From Octopus sinensis (Eukaryota), in NCBI RefSeq assembly GCF_006345805.1, contig NC_043001.1, forward strand, positions 33,480,001 through 33,544,000: a stretch of DNA of 64,000 nt. The letters are read 5' to 3'. Below the pieces are notes generated by a model. The model was given only the letters and a program-made list of their open reading frames with translations. It searched no databases and was not told where the DNA came from. Shown piece by piece: positions 53,286-64,000 of this stretch. The first letter of the stretch is position 1, and the number at the start of each line of letters is the position of its first letter. Position numbers and translations under genes: made by a program.

Positions 53286-53629
53286 GTTAATATATACCAC
53301 AGGCAGAGAATAATCTACAGGTTGTATGAGTGAACTTTTAGTAGCAGCTGAGTTTTGCCAATCAGTGAGAGAATCTTTTATATGTGATCATTTTTTGACT
53401 TTGTAACGACATATATTAATCATTTCATTATTTAAAAACCAAATAACCCCATTCATCATTATTTTGAAATGAAATACAATAAATAGTTACTGAATCATTT
53501 ATGGCTACAAGAATGACCTTATCGTCATTACTAAACTGTGTTAATAAACAAAAGTGAAATTATATATTTATTTATTTATTTTGTAATTTATTAACATCTG
53601 TACATGTGTTTATAATTTCCTCATATCAT

Positions 53630-54049
53630 AGGCCACGTGGTTTAGAAGTTTCTTTTTTAACCATCTGGTTCAGTCTAACCTACACAGCACCAGGACAGGT
53701 GTCTTTTAGTTTAAGCCTATGCAAACCAAAGCCTTGTGAGTGAATTTGGTAAACAGAAACTGAAAAAAGGCAGCAAGCTGGCAGAAACGTTGGCACACCG
53801 GGCAAAATGCTTAGCAGTATTTCGTCTGATGCTATGTTCCAAGTTCAAACTCCGCTGCGGTCGACTTTGCCTTTCATCCTTTCGGGGTTGATTAAATAAA
53901 TACCAGTTACACACTGGGGTTGATATAACCAACTTAATCCATTTGTCTGTCCTTGTTTGTCCCCTCTGTGTAGCCCCTTGTGGGCAATAAAGAAATAGGT
54001 ATTTCGCAACGTGGGCAGTAAACAAATAAGAAACTGAAAGAAGGCCATC

Positions 54050-54060
<11 letters not shown>
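53630..54060 (+). mobile_element. Q SINE inserted in a P SINE
   Basis: TSD agaaactgaaa(a/g)aaggc at 53755-53771 and 54029-54045. Confidence 0.8.
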
Positions 54061-54082
<22 letters not shown>

Positions 54083-54320
54083 CAAAGGGGAGTCTTTAAG
54101 TTTTTATAGCTAGTCTTTGACTTTTTCTAGCTAGAAGGGTTTTACAACCCAATATTTGCATGCTATTATTAGTAGCTTTGTGTGCTTCAAGATCCTCTAT
54201 TCCAAAAAGAATTATATATATATATATATTCATAATAATAAGAGGGAATATTATTCCAAACTTACAGGGAAAAATTCAATTTAGAAATACTAAATCAAAT
54301 TTCACAAAATATAATATATA

Positions 54321-54478
54321 TATATAAATTAGAAAAAACCCCACCTTTTATCAATTCAATAATGAAAAATTAAATTATATGTTTTATCTTATATTTAATC
54401 ATTCTATAATATGTAATTTTTCTAAATGGTATAATTTAATTTTTCATTATTGAATTGATAAAAGGTGGTTTTTTTCTA

Positions 54479-54487
<9 letters not shown>
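54321..54487. repeat. ~59-bp near-perfect inverted repeat between (TA)n tracts
   Basis: 54321-54379 pairs with 54430-54487. Confidence 0.9.
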
Positions 54488-54515
<28 letters not shown>

Positions 54516-54589
54516 ATGTGGTCTCAAACCCACTCACCTGAAGACGTGCATTTGCAAAGCTTATTGTTGGATAATATCACTGTAATTAT

Positions 54590-54890
54590 GTGTGCATGGC
54601 TTAGTGCTAAGAGTGTCAGGTTCACAATCATGAGGTAGTGAGTTCGATTCTTTATTTCACGTTGCTCCAGATCACTCAGCTGTTGAAGTGAGTTGCGATG
54701 TCACTGGTGCCAAGCTGTATTGACCTTTACCTTGCTCTTGGATAACATCGGTGGCATGGAGAGGGGACGCTGGTATGCATGGGTGGGTGACTGCTGGTCT
54801 TCCATAAAATAAACTTGCCCAGAGTTGTGCCTTAGAGGGTAACTTTATAGGTGCAATCCCATGGTCATTCATAACTGAAGGGTGTCTTTA
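54590..54890 (+). mobile_element. SINE family U
   Basis: tRNA-like head tggcttagtg...gagttcgattc. Confidence 0.7.
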
Positions 54891-55159
54891 TGTGAAACAC
54901 CAAGCAATTACCAGCTGATACTAATGCACAGAAGTAATTGTAGTTACTTGGAATAAAGCCTATTCATTCCATCTTGTATTAATTTTGTGTGTGTGTGCGT
55001 GCATGTGTGTGTGTGTGTGTACATATGTATGCATTTACATATATATACATATGTATGTATGTATGTGAGGAGTGGGGTTGCGTTTTCTTTTTGTGTATGA
55101 ATTTGTTTATTACACTTCTCTGGATATTGTGAGTTACAAGCCAAGTTGTGATGTTAACA

Positions 55160-55552
55160 TCTATCCTCTCTTTTACTCTTTTACTTGTTTCAGTTATTTG
55201 ACTGTGGCCATGCTGGAGCATCGCATTTAGCCGAGCAAATCAACCCCAGGACTTATTCTTTGTAAGCCTTGTACTTATTCTATCGGTCTCTATTGCCGAA
55301 CCGATAGGTTATGGGGACGTGAACACATCAGCATCAGTTGTCAAGCGATGTTGGAGGGACAAACACAGACACACAGACATATACATATATACGACAGGCT
55401 TCTTTCAGTTTCCGTTTACCAAATCCACTCACAAGGCTTTAGTTGGCCCGAGGCTATAGTAGAAGACACTTGCCCAATGTGCCATGCATTGGGACTGAAC
55501 CTGGAACCATGTGGTTGGTAAGCAAGCTACTTACCACACAGCCACTCCTGTG
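55160..55552 (-). mobile_element. SINE family P
   Basis: Full-length match. Confidence 0.88.
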
Positions 55553-55806
55553 CTTCAATAAATTTGTTGACTCCTGTCAACAAATTGTTCACTGGCTTTG
55601 CATTTTTAAAGTTATGTGAAATAAGAGATTCTTTATTTGAAAAACAGGTAAGATATAATGACAGGGAAAGTGCCTAGCTGTAAAACAATGCCTTGGTAAT
55701 ATAGTCATCTAACCCATGCTAACATAGAAAAAGAAGCAGATGTAAAGACAGGCAAACAAATTTATATAGTAAAAAACAAATAAATGACAGTATCTTTATT
55801 TTACAG

Positions 55807-56012
55807 TTTATTCAAACAAAATCGGTATCTATGATCCTTTTACAGGGTCTCTGGGACTAGAAAAGACAAAGAAACGTGACCCAAATGGTTGTAATAGGGT
55901 GGTTTCTGTCAAAGGCACACAAAACCAGTTGTTGGGGCTGAACAAATTATGTCTCCTATGCACTATAAAATGCTACATAATCACCCCAAACACATGCACA
56001 CATCTAAACTAG
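55807..56012 (+). CDS. Candidate exon, unidentified
   Basis: tatctttattttacag acceptor followed by a 67-codon open frame YSNKIGIYDPFTGSLGLEKTKKRDPNG...; no recognised homolog, donor unclear. Confidence 0.2.
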
Positions 56013-56264
56013 AGAAATGAAATCATGTCATGTTGCAGATGCCAGAATAAATTTATTTTCAGAAAATGATCCAAAAACCAAACAAGATAATACACACACT
56101 AGGAAAACCATGCCCACCCAATCATACACACATACACACATGCACACACAGACACAGATGCACGCACACAGACAGACAGACAGACACACACACACACATA
56201 CCTGGAGACCTATACATCACAAGCTCTCCAATGAAATTCCTTTACATATATATATATATATATA

Positions 56265-56414
56265 TAACAAAACTGTCCGACGAACAGAAACATGAAACTC
56301 TGAGTAACAGCTTTTGTTATATTTCTGCTGCTTTTAAATAAAGCATACTACTCAACCTCTGGTATTTGAGTACTCTTTTTTCAACCTTGTTTCACATTTA
56401 TGTGCTTACTCTGG
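56265..56414 (+). mobile_element. PLE-type terminal fragment with degenerate HHR (56273-56310)
   Basis: CTGT-CCGACGA-...-GAA-ACTC(T)GAGT-A-ACAG; homologous to 34321-34474. Confidence 0.65.
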
Positions 56415-56430
56415 CATATATATATATATA

Positions 56431-59400
56431 TATTAATAAATGAAATAAAACATATGCATATATATAAACATATATGTACGTACCTACCTCTACATGTACA
56501 TATACACGCATATATGAGTACAGGACACCAAAGGGACGTCGAACACAAAGAGAAACGAAAACATAGACACAAACCAACGAAAACATAGACACAAACCAAA
56601 GGAACTGGACATTTTTTAACAACAACAAAAAAATTGGAGTACAGGACAATTAACACAAAGAAAAAACCCCTTCTTAAGTCGCTATGGTTTCATCTACTCT
56701 ACGTTTCGAAGGATAAAAGCGAGACGTATCTTCAACAAGAAACTTTCCTTCCTGCGAAAAGCAAATCAATTAAAATTCTGAGATCTTTTCGCAGAGGGGT
56801 AAAAAATGGTAAAAAAATGGTTAAAAAATGGTAAACAAAACACGACAGTACAAAAATATAAACAGTAAAAGACAGGACAGGGAAAAACAAGATAAGAAGG
56901 GCTGTTGACGCCGAATGAAAAAAAGTATTGCAAACGCAGAATTTTTTGTGAATGACAGGGGAGCAGGAAGAATGTCGTCCGTTACCTTGAAAGGCCAGGC
57001 CAGAAAGACAGTCAGAGCGGAAGTATCGTCGCGCGTGGACGACGGGAAGGGGGAGGAGGAGCAAGAGGAAGGGAGAGAGAAGGGAATGGCTGCAAGGAAA
57101 CCATGAAGAATGGTGAGGGGAGAGAGAGAGTGAAGAATGAGAGAGAGAGGAAGAGACAAGTTAAGTAGAGGAAAAAGAAAATCAAAGAATAGGATGGGAC
57201 AGAAAGGGGAAGAGTGCGCGTCAGAGTTATATCAAGACAAGACCAAAACTTGATATACAGAACAATCTTACTTAAGGGGGTGGGTGCGTTTAGTCATATA
57301 ATATATTAATAAATGAAATAAAACATATGCCATATATATAAACATATATGTACGTACCTACCTCTACATGTACATATACACGCATATATGAGTACAGGAC
57401 ACCAAAGGGACGTCGAACACAAAGAGAAACGAAAACATAGACACAAACCAAAGGAACTGAACATTTTTTTAACAACAACAAAAAAATGGAGTACAGGACA
57501 ATTAACACAAAGAAAAAACCCCTTCTTAAGTCGCTATGGTTTCATCTACTCTACGTTTCGAAGGATAAAAGCGAGACGTATCTTCGACATGAAACTTTTC
57601 TTCCTGCGAAAAGCAAATCAATTAAAATTCTGAGATCTTTTCGCAGAGGGGTAAAAAATGGTAAAAAAAGCAGGACAGTAACGACAGTACAAAAATATAA
57701 ACAGTAAAAGACAGGACAGGGAAAAACAAGATAAGAAGGGCTGTTGACGCCGAATGAAAAAAAGTATTGCAAACGCAGAATTTTTTGTGAACGACAGGGG
57801 AGCAGGAAGAATGTCGTCCGTTACCTTGAAAGGCCAGGCCAAAAGACAGTCAGATCGGAAGTATCGTCGCGCGTGGACGACGGGAAGCGGGAGGAGAGCA
57901 AGAGGAAGGGAGAGAAGAAGGGGAATGGCTGCGAGGAAACCATGAGAATTGTGAGGGGAGAGAGAGTGAAGAATGAGAGAGAGAGGAAGAGACAAGTTAA
58001 GTAGAGGAAAAAGAAAATCAAAGAATAGGGATGGGACAGAAAGGGGAAAAGTGCGCGTCAGAGTTAATATCAAGACCAAAACTTGATATACAGAACAATC
58101 TTACTTAAGGGGGTGCGTGCGTTTAGTCATATAATATATTAATAAATGAAATAAAACATATGCATATATATAAACATATATGTACATACCTACCTCTACA
58201 TGTACATATACACGCATATATGAGTACAGGACACCAAAGGGACGTCGAACACAAAGAGAAACGAAAACATAGACACAAACCAAAGGAACTGGACATTTTT
58301 TAACAACAACAAAAAAATGGAGTACAGGGCAATTAACACAAAGAAAAAACCCCTTCTTCAGTCGCTATGGTTTCATCTACTCTACGTTTTGAAGGATAAA
58401 AGCGAGACGTATCTTCGACATGAAACTTTCCTTCCTGCGAAAAGCAAATCAATTAAAATTCTGAGATCTTTTCGCAGAGGGGTAAAAAATGGTTAAAAAA
58501 TGGTAAAAAAAACAGGACAGTAACAACAGTACAAAGATATAAACAGTAAAAGACAGGACAGGGAAAAACAAGATAAGAAGGGCTGTTGACGCCGAATGAA
58601 AAAAAGTATTGCAAACGCAGAATTTTTTGTGAACGACAGGGGAGCAGGAAGAATGTCGTCTGTTACCTTGAAAGGCCAGGCCAGAAAGACAGTCAGATCG
58701 GAAGTATCTTCGCGGGTGGACGACGGGAAGGGGGGATGAGGAGCAAGAGGAAGGGAGAGAAGAAGGGGAATGGCTGCGAGGAAACCATGAAGAATGGTGA
58801 GGGGAGAGAGAGAGTGAAGAATGAAGAGAGAGGAAGAGACAAGTTAAGTAGAGGAAAAAGAAAATCAAAGAATAGGGATGGGACAGAAGGGGAAGAGTGC
58901 GCGTCAGAGTTAATATCAAGACCAAAACTTGATATACAGAACAATCTTACTTAAGGGGGTGCGTGCGTTTAGTAGTCATATAATATATTAATAAATGAAA
59001 TAAAACATATGCATATATATAAACATATATGTACGTACCTACCTCTACATGTACATATACACGCATATATGAGTACAGGACACCAAAGGGACGTCGAACA
59101 CAAAGAGAAAAGAAAACATAGACAAAACCAAAGGAACTGGACATTTTTTAACAACAACAAAACATGGAGTACAGGGCAATTAACACAAAGAAAAAACCCC
59201 TTCTTCAGTCGCTATGGTTTCATCTACTCTACGTTTCGAAGGATAAAAGCGAGACGTATCTTCGACAAGAAACTTTCCTTCCTGCGAAAAGCAAATCAAT
59301 TAAAATTCTGAGATCTTTTCGCAGAGGGGTAAAAAATGGTAAAAAAAACAGGACAGTAACAACAGTACAAAAATATAAACAGTAAAAGACAGGACAGGGA

Positions 59401-59704
59401 AAACAAGATAAGAGGGCTGTTGACGCCGAATGAAAAAAGTATTGCAAACGCAGAATTTTTTGTGAACGACAGGGGAGCAGGAAGAATGTCGTCCGTTACC
59501 TTGAAAGGCCAGGCCAGAAAGACAGTCAGATCGGAAGTATCGTCGCGCGTGGACGACGGGAAGCGGGGAGGAGGAGCAAGAGGAAGGGAGAGAAGAAGGG
59601 GAATGGCTGTGAGGAAACCATGAAGAATGGTGAGAGGGAGAGAGAGAGAGTGAAGAATGAGAGAGAGAGGAAGAGACAAGTTAAGTAGAGGAAAAAGAAA
59701 ATCA
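56431..59704. repeat. Tandem array of ~3.9 units of 833-873 bp
   Basis: Unit starts (tattaataaatgaaataaaac) at 56431, 57304, 58137 and 58986; last unit truncated into (TA)n. Confidence 0.97.
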
Positions 59705-59734
59705 TGCATATATATATATATATGTATATGTATG

Positions 59735-59778
<44 letters not shown>

Positions 59779-59784
59779 TACACA

Positions 59785-60096
59785 TATCTTTATATATAAA
59801 ACTGAAGTTGTGTGTGTGAGTGTCTGTCTACTCCGATTTAGATTCCTAACTACTCCCACATTTTGCGGTGCAGTTTAACCAAATGTGGCAATCTTATAGT
59901 CGTGATTCATATCGAGCCCTTCTGGGTATTAGCGCACGTCTACGATGAGTCTACGATTTAAAAAAAAATTTACCACCATTTTTCCGCATTTTTAATGCAT
60001 TTTTGCTAGGTTTATATAAGGGAAGTAACTCTCTAAAAATGCTTATATAGTTATTTCCCTTACAAACCCAAGCAACGCCGGGCGATACTGCTAGTA
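59785..60096 (-). mobile_element. Helitron/Helentron-like non-autonomous element
   Basis: Same termini as 17893-18320 (tactagcagtatcgcccggcgttgc; caacttcagtttta(ta)n) but a different interior. Confidence 0.75.
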
Positions 60097-60294
60097 TTCA
60101 TATAATCCCAAATGGCAAAATAACTCTTCAACCACTTCGCTCACACTCACATTCTCCTACCAACGCTGCAACTGAAAAACCTAGAGTTCAAACAATACAT
60201 GTACTGTAATGAATTATAGAACATTGTTTATTTGCATTTGTATATACATGCATATATATAAACACATAGATACATACATGCATACATACATACA

Positions 60295-60597
60295 TTGTTT
60301 GTTCCTTCTCGAGCCATTCCTGGCTCATAGGGCCGGTTTCCCGGTTTCCTTGGCATATAGATTCCCCACCTGGATGGGACGCCGTCTATCATAGGTAAGC
60401 TGCAAGATGCAGGAGGAAAGAGTGAGAGAAAGTTGTGGCAAAAGAGTCAGCAGAAGTTTGCCATTACCTTCTGCTGGAGCCACATGGAGCTTAGGTGTTT
60501 CACTCATAAACACACACATCGCTCAGTCTAAGATTCGAACCTGCGATCCCTCGACCACGAGTCTGCTGCTCTAACCATTAGGCCATGTGCCTCCACA
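60295..60597 (-). mobile_element. SINE family S'
   Basis: Matches 49723-50011 and 20109-20424. Confidence 0.85.
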
Positions 60598-61274
60598 CAT
60601 ACATACAAGCATACATACAATTCCAAAGGAAAGGCAAAATAGCTTACACGACATCAATATCTTCAATGCATTGATGCATAACTGAAAAAGAAATTAATTT
60701 TAACCAGGAATTGAACCAAACTCTGAGACTTTAGAGCAGTTTTGCTGTTAAATCAATAAATAATCAGTCTTTGATGCAAGAAGCAAATAAAGAAGTGCAA
60801 ATCATGGCGCATTTGCATGTTATAAAATTACTGTAGAATGCGCCAAGAATTGCTTCCTTTATTTGCAATATTTCTGATTTGTTTTTAAGAGAGACACAAA
60901 ACCAATATTTGCAAATCATCATCATCATCATCATCATCGTTTAAAGTCCACTTTCCATGCTAGCATGGGTTGGATTGATTTTGGTCATACATCAGTTTGC
61001 TTCATACCAGATTGACCTAGGGTTAAACGACTCTTAACGGAATACAGTTCTGAGTTTAAACCCTGAACGTAGAAGTACAATACTCACTGCTGTAAAGAAT
61101 ATTTTGTGTGATTTTCTTCAGTTGCTGCCAATCCAATGCTCTTGAAAAGAGAAAAGAAAATTCTTGCGTATTTCATGGTTGAATAGCTAGGATTTTATGA
61201 CTGGATTCATTTCTATTATAAACCTCTTGAAGAATAGACTAGGTATCATTCTCAGCATCCTCTTTCTCCTCTAC

Positions 61275-61397
61275 TTCATCATCATTATCACCATCATTTT
61301 TGTCGTCATCCTTATCATTGTTGTTGCCATTACCATCATCATCATTGCTATCCTCCTCCTCCTCATCATCATCATCGTCATCATCCTCATCATCATT

Positions 61398-61429
<32 letters not shown>

Positions 61430-61849
61430 CATCATCATCATTGTCATCATCACCATCATCATTATTATCACCATCTTCATCACCATCCTCATCATCAACA
61501 TTATTGTCATCTCCATCATCATCATCCTCCTCCTCCTCCTCATCATCATCATCATTGTCATCATCACCATCATCATTATTATCACCGTCTTCATCACCAT
61601 CCTCATCATCAACATTATTGTCCTCTCCATCATCATCCTCATCATCCACATCATCGTCGTCGTCGTCGTCATCATCATCCTCATCATCATCATCGTTGTC
61701 GTCGTTGTCGTCATCATCATCATCATCATCATTATCATCATCCTCATCACCATCATCATTGTCATCATCATCATTATTATCACCATCTTCATCACCATCC
61801 TCATCATCAACATCATTGTCGTCTCCATCATCATCCTCATCATCATTGC

Positions 61850-61893
<44 letters not shown>

Positions 61894-61920
61894 CCATCAT
61901 CACCATCATCGTCATCCATC
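61275..61920. repeat. ~650-bp degenerate (ATC)n trinucleotide tract with higher-order repeats
   Basis: An ~85-bp block recurs at 61440, 61554 and 61758; produces long stop-free frames. Confidence 0.95.
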
Positions 61921-62439
61921 AGTCGCAGTGCTAATCATATCAAGTGATTTGGATCGCATTTCAGAATTTAACATACTGCTAAATGCGTTCCAAATCACTT
62001 GTCATCAAAAGCAACAAATCAGAAAATTTGAGGAGTTCAATCTAACTGAAAAAGATAAATTAGTTTTTGTTTCCTGGTGGAAGCTGGTGGGGGTGGGGAG
62101 ATGAATTTTTTTATCATTATCATTATTTTACATTCTGAGTTCAAATTCCACCAGAGCCAACTCTGCCTTTCATCATTCCTTATTTAATAGAATAAGTACC
62201 AGTTATATGTTGGGGTTGATATAATCGACTTATCCCTTCCCTTAAAATTACTGACCTAATGCCAAAATTGTTGTTGTTATTGTTGTTGTTGTTGTTGATA
62301 TTATTTATAATTATTATAACTATTACATGTTATGTTAATTAGCAGGAATGTTGTCTTGAGGTATGGTGACAACAAGTCTCCTCAAATCTCAAGAATTTAT
62401 TTCGGATTCTTACAGAATACAGGATTATGTTTTGTCTTA

Positions 62440-62670
62440 TTTCTTTACTGCCCATAAGGGGCTATGTACAGAGGGGACAAATCAGGACAGACAAACAGAT
62501 TAAGTCGATTATATCGACCCCAGTGTGTAACTGGTACTTATTTAATCGACCCCAAAAGGATGAAAGATAAAGTCGACCTCAGCAAAATTTGAACTGGGAA
62601 CATAAAGACAGACAAAATACTGCAAAGCATTTCGCCTGGCATGCTAATGTTTCTGCCAGCTTGCCGCCCT
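62440..62670 (-). mobile_element. SINE family Q
   Basis: Head-core-tail match. Confidence 0.85.
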
Positions 62671-62699
62671 TTCTGCCAGGATTATGTATTTCTGTTGGT

Positions 62700-62995
62700 T
62701 AACAATGTGAGTCTAAATTCAAGTCTCTTTCAGTCTTTTCAATTGCATTTTGGGTGCTTTACCAAGTACACTACTTACCACGAGAATAGTCTTCCATGAT
62801 CTCTTCATCCCTCTGGGTAAGTTCTGATATTCCTCAGTTTTCTTCCATTTCTTTGGTATCCAATTTGTTATATTATATTACTAAGTGCATGACCAAATAT
62901 CGTGTTTCTTTTATCCTCTTTAATCAATCTGATCTTCTTGTTGCAATAGTATGATCAGTATTTATGGAAGAGTCCTAATATATCTTGAAATTCTA
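62700..62995 (-). mobile_element. R4/Dong-like LINE remnant, old
   Basis: INTDHTIATRRSD...DTKEMEE...YQNL.RGMKRSWKT with frameshifts. Confidence 0.55.
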
Positions 62996-63000
62996 ATGGT

Positions 63001-63041
<41 letters not shown>

Positions 63042-63176
63042 TATTATTATCATTATTATTATTATAATTATTATTACTATTATTATTACTATTATTATTA
63101 CTATTATTATTATTATCATTATCATCATTATTATTATTACTATTATTATTATTACTATTATTATTATTACTATTAT

Positions 63177-63235
<59 letters not shown>

Positions 63236-63258
63236 TTATTATTATTATTATTATTATC
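63001..63258. repeat. Compound (ATC)n/(ATT)n/(ACT)n microsatellite
   Basis: Direct observation. Confidence 0.95.
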
Positions 63259-63461
63259 CTTATTTTCATTAGCATCTTCTTTCAATTCTGTTTCCATTTC
63301 TTGCTGTATACATTGGTAGGCCATAAAAAAAAAACTCACCAGATTGTTCATTTACAGAGTCATGTGATAGAGAAAAGGAGGAAGACAGAGAGAAAAAAGG
63401 AAAAAAATGGAAAATAGAAAAGTAAACAAATAAAATAGGAGAGGGAAGAAGGAAAGAAAAT

Positions 63462-64000
63462 TCACAACAACAATGTTCTTCTCAATATGTGTGACATACC
63501 AGTTAAGACAATCTTTTGCACTTCCTGTATGGATGGTAAGCCAGGGATCATTCTTAAATAATTTTCAATTCCTGTTTTGATCATTCCAAGTGCTCCTACA
63601 ATTATTGTTATTGTAACCGTCTTGAGATGCCACATCTTTTTGATTTCAATCAGCAAATCTTTATATTTTCTGAGTTTATCAAATTCTTTTGCCTGGATAT
63701 TATGGTCACAGGGTATGCTCATGTCAATCAATAAACAGACTTTATTGTCTTGGTCTTTCACAACAATATCTGGTTTATTTGCTTTGATGGTCTGGTCTGT
63801 ACATACTTGGAAATACCAAAGAATAGTTACATTTTCTCCCTCAGTTACAGCCTCAGGGTGGTGCTTGTACCATTTGTCAGCAGTTTTGATTTTATAAAGC
63901 CAACATTTTATCAAATGTAGATATTGGCCAACTTTGTCATGTCTTGATTTGTACTCTACAAGTGCTAAAACCTTACATCCAGAGATTAGGTGGTCTACTG
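63462..64000 (-). mobile_element. R4/Dong-clade LINE 3' end (restriction-like endonuclease)
   Basis: HLISGC...RHDKV...KWYKHHPEAV...KANKPDIVVKD...IDMSIPCD...KYKDL...W...IVGALG; runs off the window edge. Confidence 0.9.

Noticed and set aside
56431-59704. CRISPR-like array
   Set aside because: Eukaryotic context, and whole units are repeated with no unique spacers.
56732-59878. 60-187 aa ORFs in the tandem array
   Set aside because: Frames are not preserved between units (frameshifting indels) and the composition is low-complexity.
62772-62995. Minus-strand exon ending at a GTAAGT donor
   Set aside because: The sequence translates as a decayed R4-type LINE endonuclease region.

Overview
AT-rich, repeat-saturated eukaryotic DNA. 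The SINE families, the mix of RTE, CR1, R4 and Penelope remnants, and the dense (TA)n/(CA)n/(ATC)n tracts look like a coleoid cephalopod (Octopus-like) genome; this is recognition, not a database result. I cannot support any complete protein-coding gene, only a few splice-flanked exon candidates. Most supplied ORFs are microsatellite artefacts or decayed transposon frames. Identified content: several tRNA-derived SINE families (working labels P, Q, R, S, S', U); remnants of RTE, CR1/L2, CRE and R4/Dong LINEs; Penelope-like element (PLE) GIY-YIG remnants; two mariner relics and one internally deleted Tc1; TTAA piggyBac-type MITEs; and Helitron/Helentron-like non-autonomous elements. The most interesting unexplained layer has three parts. 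(1) Minimal hammerhead-ribozyme (HHR)-like motifs recur in PLE-type termini, including a TSD-flanked tRNA-headed element at 10.7-11.1 kb and a ~3.9-copy tandem array of ~850-bp units at 56.4-59.7 kb. (2) Long near-perfect fold-back palindromes sit next to (TA)n tracts. (3) Several local rearrangements are visible: nested MITEs, an inverted SINE-plus-flank copy, and fixed-junction SINE multimers. All coordinates were read by eye and may be off by a few bases.
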